64,000 nt of DNA from Curvularia clavata (taxonomy: Eukaryota). The stretch covers positions 2,852,001-2,916,000 of the forward strand of contig CP089276.1 of NCBI GenBank assembly GCA_023920165.1. Direction: 5' to 3'. Of this stretch, positions 58,732-64,000 are shown piece by piece. Numbering within the stretch: the first letter of the stretch is position 1; each line of letters opens with the position of its first letter. A program made the translations under genes and the position numbers. The notes beneath the pieces are model-generated. The model did no database searches. It saw only the letters and a list, made by a program, of their open reading frames with translations, and had not been told where the DNA came from.

Positions 58732-60726
58732 TCACTTCTCGTACATTTTCCAAGATTCATCATTCGTGATGCCTTCCTTTCCAACCTCAATGACTTGCAA
58801 TACTTCTTCAAGAACATTCTGTGTCAGGGTTGATTCCTGGCGTTCCCTTGCAATCGCACACCCCAGCCTGATCGCACTCTTGATCTGCCTACCATTCAGC
58901 TCATACTCTCCAAGCGTCGTCGGCTTGACGTCACTTGCGACCTGCAACGAAACCTGCTTGAGTAGGTTCGTCCAAATCTGTGCTCTGGCTTCGGGTTTTA
59001 GACTTTCATATCTCAGCGCAAGCGTTATCCTACTCTCAAAAGCCGGATCTAGAATGCGCACGCGGTTCGTTGTTAAAAAGAGTATACCTGAGTAGTACTC
59101 CAATAGGCGCAGTAGAACGCACACCATTGAGTTGCGGACCAAGTCAGAAGTGCGTCTTTGCTCGAGAAACACGTCAGCTTCGTCTAGGATTGTGATGGCA
59201 TTCCACTCTGAACATAGCTCTAACACATCTGTAACGCGGCGTTCCATGTCTTCTGCTGTCGTGCCTAGTTCACCCATTGTCACGTAGTATATCGGGCGAT
59301 GCAGAACTTCAGCAACGGCCTCGGCGGTCAGCGTTTTACCGACACCAGGAGGTCCATGTAACAGGAAGATGCTACCACCACGCTTGTTTCCGATGATGTC
59401 TTCAACATCAGAATCATTGCCGAACCGAACAAGAGCGCGAATGAGTTGCTTACGCTCCTCAGCTATGACAAGACGCTCGAACGCGGTATCTTGAAATTGG
59501 ATGGGTGAAAGGCCTGAGACCAAGACGTGGCCCCAACACTTTGCAGTGAAGCTGAAACCGACAAGTGCAGGCCAGCAATACGGAACAAACTCAGTAGGTA
59601 CTGTATCCCACAAGATAAGCGCTTCTGTTGCAGAGCTCCTGGTGGATGAAGTAGCAAGCCATTGCCGATAACGTTCGGCAATCTTGACCATCGCAAGCGT
59701 TGGCTCATCCATTCCTTGGCAAGCATGGTGACCCAAAGAAGCTCCTCGACTAGTATCGATCATGACACGGCCGTCCGAGTGCAGCTGGCTGCTCGAGTTG
59801 TTCGCAAGCGAAGAATAGTTTGGACGTGTAAGCCGAGCGTGGCGGAAGAAGGATGCGCTTGAGTATGCCAGAAACTTTGCTCCACCAGCGGCATAGTTGA
59901 CATATTTCTCACCTCGGTACCTCAGATCCTCCATCTGGTCAGATGGAATCAATGTATATGTGAGTTCTGAGAGCGATCGCGCGCGGACACCCGTCCAGCC
60001 ATTCAGTTGCTCACTAACGCTTACTACCGTGAAGTGCTGTCCCACGGTTGCGACAAACTCCATCTTCCAATTGAAGGTTTTTTGGATCCCGGTCAAGCCC
60101 CGATTTTCTTGATAGAAGGACTCTGTCACGAGGAAAATCGCGGTCGTACCTCCTGAGGCACATGCTGCCTTTACAGAAACTCCAGGTCGATATAGTTCGC
60201 CAAGAGCTTCGAAGGTGATGAAATTACGCTCAATCAGGTCATGCGCAGCCTGTATTTCATCGTGATAGGTGGTCTCGAGGAGCTGGATAAGTTCTTCTAG
60301 ACCTGGTATCTGAATTGCTTCCTCGGCGCGACTGAGGTGGAAACCGAACCCCGAGAAAAGATCTAGACAATGTCGTCTCCAGTAATTTAGAAATGCTGGC
60401 GTAGGTGATTCAATTCCTTCGTTGTATTTCATGGCGGCAAATTGTAGACCTCGTAGTCTGCCCAGTATATTGTACAAGTCATATGCGGGAAGAGAGGATA
60501 GTCGGGGTAAGCCCAGGTAATGACGGAGGATAGCCTTGAGGGAGATGGACCCAGTACTGTGTTCGATATCGTGAAATTCAAAGACTTGGTCCTCTTTTGT
60601 ACTTCCACTGACTGTGAAAGGGCGTAGAAAGGGTTTCGAGGTCATCTTTCCTGGAAGCCTAGCTATCGATTTCCCGGCTGGCAGCGATGGGGGAGGAGGA
60701 GGAGAGGGAGGAAGAGAAGTCTCCAT
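58732..60726 (-). CDS. Fungal AAA+ ATPase, intronless
   Basis: GRVMID, VGFSFTAKCWG, AFERLVI, Walker A LHGPPGVGKT, Walker B ILDEAD, EYYSGILFLTTNR, DPAFESRI and LNGRQIK. Confidence 0.92.
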   Translation of the reverse strand: METSLPPSPPPPPSLPAGKSIARLPGKMTSKPFLRPFTVSGSTKEDQVFEFHDIEHSTGSISLKAILRHYLGLPRLSSLPAYDLYNILGRLRGLQFAAMKYNEGIESPTPAFLNYWRRHCLDLFSGFGFHLSRAEEAIQIPGLEELIQLLETTYHDEIQAAHDLIERNFITFEALGELYRPGVSVKAACASGGTTAIFLVTESFYQENRGLTGIQKTFNWKMEFVATVGQHFTVVSVSEQLNGWTGVRARSLSELTYTLIPSDQMEDLRYRGEKYVNYAAGGAKFLAYSSASFFRHARLTRPNYSSLANNSSSQLHSDGRVMIDTSRGASLGHHACQGMDEPTLAMVKIAERYRQWLATSSTRSSATEALILWDTVPTEFVPYCWPALVGFSFTAKCWGHVLVSGLSPIQFQDTAFERLVIAEERKQLIRALVRFGNDSDVEDIIGNKRGGSIFLLHGPPGVGKTLTAEAVAEVLHRPIYYVTMGELGTTAEDMERRVTDVLELCSEWNAITILDEADVFLEQRRTSDLVRNSMVCVLLRLLEYYSGILFLTTNRVRILDPAFESRITLALRYESLKPEARAQIWTNLLKQVSLQVASDVKPTTLGEYELNGRQIKSAIRLGCAIARERQESTLTQNVLEEVLQVIEVGKEGITNDESWKMYEK

Positions 60727-61642
60727 GATTTGTGATGCCTGATGTGCGAATGTCTCGAGGCCTTATATATTGAAGCAGAATAACGCTTGGCCAGCTTCAT
60801 GTTATATTTGGGAATTGATTTAGAGTGCCCCATAATTGACAAAATCGGTTAAACTAATGTTCGGTAGCTTGTATTCATGATGGTGCAGTCGATGGATAGT
60901 AGCTGCCTGAATTGGACGCGCGTCGTGATGTGCAGCCATACGTAGGTACTTTGTTGCCATTGTATCGTAGTTTGTTTTACGCTATCACCACTCAACCCGG
61001 CCTACGGAATGGCAGAGGATACGCCGTTCTGTAGGATCTGTTTTGAGAGAAAAGTAACTCAGCGACAGATTGAAATTACATAATTCACGTGCATAAGACA
61101 ATTTACTGTAAATACGATGCTCAGCGTGAGCATTACTCGGACTCCGCGGTGTTATCTATCGTTCCCAACCTGACTGCAGTCTCTCTGGTTACCATGTGGG
61201 CCATAGTGATGGCAGTTTCAAGAGCCGAAAAAACGCAAGCCAACCGAGGTAAAAGGGGTTGACTGATCAAGGTCAAGAGAGGGTTTTGCTGCTGCCTGCT
61301 TTCACCCCCATCTTGCCAAGTTGCCAAGCCCGGACGCGGGCTGTAGTCCCTTCGCTAAGCCGATGCTAAGGTGTTGCTAGTAACTAGTTAATGGCTAGTA
61401 CTTCTTTAATGGCACTTGAGAGCGATCCTTGATGAAGGCTTCTACAAACCTCGTCTTGAATCATCATATCGAGGTTTTAGGCACCCTGAATTAGATAACT
61501 ACAGTTCATTGTGTAAAACAAAGGGAGCATATTGACCGCGATGAGCAGGTGAACGTAAGTCTTGATTGAAAATCATCTGTGTTTGTCGCGACTTCCGACG
61601 CTACCACAATTGCTTTTCTTTTCCAACAGATCGTACTACATA

Positions 61643-63147
61643 TCAGTAGCTAAACTCTCTAGCTGTGTTCGCTTCGCCCAGGCCCGATCTCTGCATCTTC
61701 TTGTTGCGCCATTGATAGTAAAAACGCAAGCCAACACAGCCAACAGCAACCATGATCAACATTGCAAAATTAGTCCAGTGTCCTGTCGGATAACCCTTCT
61801 CCTTTTCGTTTGCTTTGTAAATCCACACACCTACAATTTGACCGGGTGCTCCAAAAGAAACATTAAGCGCAATAGCAAGTCCTGCTGCGGCGGTACTATG
61901 CATGTTGCTGCTCAACCAGCCTAGGAGCGGTGGGATACATGAGAATGCACCGGTAGCCGCAACAATCAAGCACCCATACCGCGCATGATAAGCGTGAGCG
62001 GGAAGAACTGCCGATGCAAGAAATCCGATCGCACCAATGGTGGACAAGACAGCAGCATGCAATGCGCGAGCGTTGAAGTAGTCTGATGACCAGGCGGTGA
62101 TGAGGGAGATGACATATGCAACAGCATATGGGGGAACCGTCATAAGCTGAGCTTGCAGGTTCTCGTAACCCAAGCCAGCGGTGATGGTCGGAGTGAAGAG
62201 CGATAGCGAGCTGAAAGGTGCGGAAATACCAAAATAGATGATATAGTGTACCCAGAGGCGGCCATCAAGTATGGTTTCCTTGGCTGTCTCCCAGGTGAGT
62301 GAAGGCGCATTGCCTTTTGAACCCTCATTCTCCAAGCGTAACACCGCCAATTCGCGCTCGGATGTCGATAGCCAAGAGACTTCCTCGGGGTAGTCTGGCA
62401 AAAACAGCCACACTGCAATCGACGAGACGCAGGACGGAATCCCCTCGAGGATAAACAGCCATCTGAAAGCGGCAAGTCCCTGTACTTCTTTCATGTGCCC
62501 TACACCATAAGCAATCGCACCACCAAACGCACCCGCCAAAGTTGCGCTTGCCAAAATAATGGCGACACGTAAACTCCTTTCGCGTGCGCGATACCAGAAC
62601 GTCAGGTAGTAAACCAAGCCAGGAAAAAGACCAGCTTCGAACATGCCAAGCAGAAACCTGACCGCAGTGACAGTCGCGTAGTTTTTGGCACCACCGAGCC
62701 CGATTGTGCAAGCGCCCCATCCAAACATGAGGAAGGCAATCCATCGGCTCGGCTTTAACTTCTTGAGGAAATAATTGCTGGGCACTTCAAAGACGGCGTA
62801 GGCAACCAAAAATACCATGAGGGCGATTGTGTATTGATAGTTGGTCATGTGAGTCTCTTGCAGAAGGGAGTGTCCCTCGTTGGCGTTGAGGGTTTTGGCA
62901 TTGCCGATGTTGGAGCGGTCGAGGAAACACAGGAGGTAGATGGTGGCGGACAGAGGAATAATGCGCACATCTTGTTTCCAGATCAAAGCACGAACGGCAG
63001 GAGTATTGGTTTCCTCAATGGCGTCAATGTCTTGCGTACCCTGTTATTTGTGTCAGATCTGTAGTGGCGGTAAAATCTCATGCTGTCGCTTACCACGTGC
63101 TTGCCCAGTTCCTCGTCATGTTTTTCGAGTTCGTGCTGAAGAGCCAT
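61643..63147 (-). CDS. MFS transporter, anion:cation symporter (Tna1/Dal5-like) family, 2 exons
   Basis: DVRIIP..LCFLDRSNIGNAK, FEVPSN, RFLLGMFEAGLFPG, FWY, FRWLFILEGIP and LMTVPPY. Exon 1 MALQHELEK..KHV is followed by a GTAAGC intron. Confidence 0.93.
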
Positions 63148-64000
63148 CTTGTAGTGACACGGTGCAAACAGCGGATGCGAGTGCAAGCAGCAAAACAACA
63201 AATCAGAACTACAGCGAATATTTAAGCACCACCAAGCAAATGCTTGGTTCGCTTAACTGTATCCGTGCCCGAATATACTGATTTGTTCACCGCTGTGGAT
63301 TGACGCACCGAACAGTGGACATGCACGCGCTAAGCCGCTGATTGAGTTAGGCTGCCGGCAACGGCATGCTGTAACTAGTCAAACCCCGCATATTCCCAGA
63401 TGCAGCCTTCCTAAGCTGTTTGCTGCTTCTCCACAGGGTCTGTTACACTGCATGTGATTGGGACGAGACGGGTGTTTTTCAAGTCCCGAAATATCAAATG
63501 CTCCGGCAGGTAAATCCGAGTTGCGGGGCGACAGCCGAATATTGGTCACTTTATGTCGACTATAGACAATTGTTGTAACGCTGGTATCGAAGTCTTCCTA
63601 AACGACACTGCTTGGTGCTTTCCTCGCATTGGCGGTAGATAGACTCCATCTCCCCCAACCAGTAAAACCGGAAAATAAAAACGAACTCCCCTACGCTGTC
63701 AATGCATTAAACAACGCGTGACTGTGGCAACTACAGCTACTTTTGAAAGTAGAATCGTACGTGTGAAGAACACAGTAAACAATAAACAAATGTAACATAT
63801 ACAGCTACTTTTGGAAACAGTGATTCTGCTATGATACAAGATGGTCTTGTAAGCCGACCCTTTCTGGCTTCAACAGTTGTGCAGAAAAACTCGTTCCCCT
63901 TTTGCCTCCCTACCGCATAAACCGCGGCCTAATCCTCGTCCCATACATGTAGCCGAAATAATGACAAGGAAGCAGCTCATCCTCGCTGAACTCGTGGCGT

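Noticed and set aside
63729..63820. Two similar acagctactttt(t)g segments
   Set aside because: Too short to call a repeat or element.
1..64000. tRNA/rRNA genes, CRISPR arrays, intact transposons, PKS/NRPS clusters
   Set aside because: None recognised by eye. Small ncRNAs cannot be excluded without tRNAscan-SE or Infernal.

Overview
A gene-dense stretch of a filamentous ascomycete genome. Short GT-AG introns with CTRAC branch points and the gene content suggest a Dothideomycete/Pleosporales-like fungus; that taxonomy is inference. About 26 protein-coding genes are supported. Positions 1.9-49 kb are mostly conserved housekeeping genes: NOT2, FarA/Ctf1-alpha, Nudix, a Sororin-like protein, LysM, LTA4H/Lap2, RpiB, Ych1/Ibp1, Eps1-like PDI, NDUFA5, an RfeC-like C2H2 factor, Bem1, Thp3-like and Vps36. 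Positions 49.5-64 kb look accessory: F-box-like, trypsin, O-methyltransferase, AAA ATPase and MFS. The top hypothesis is a small spliced gene (51420-52035, minus) that looks like a circularly permuted I66 (cospin/LeSPI-type) beta-trefoil trypsin inhibitor. It has an optional signal peptide and is transcribed divergently from a secreted trypsin across a promoter with seven PacC-type sites. Also notable are a head-to-head pair of paralogous secreted proteins of unknown function (34.9-37.5 kb), a Sororin-like motif set in an unannotated ORF, and a splice-site choice that decides whether the C2H2 factor carries its C-terminal fungal TF domain. No tRNA, rRNA, CRISPR array or intact transposon was recognised. 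All homology calls come from motif recognition; no searches were run.
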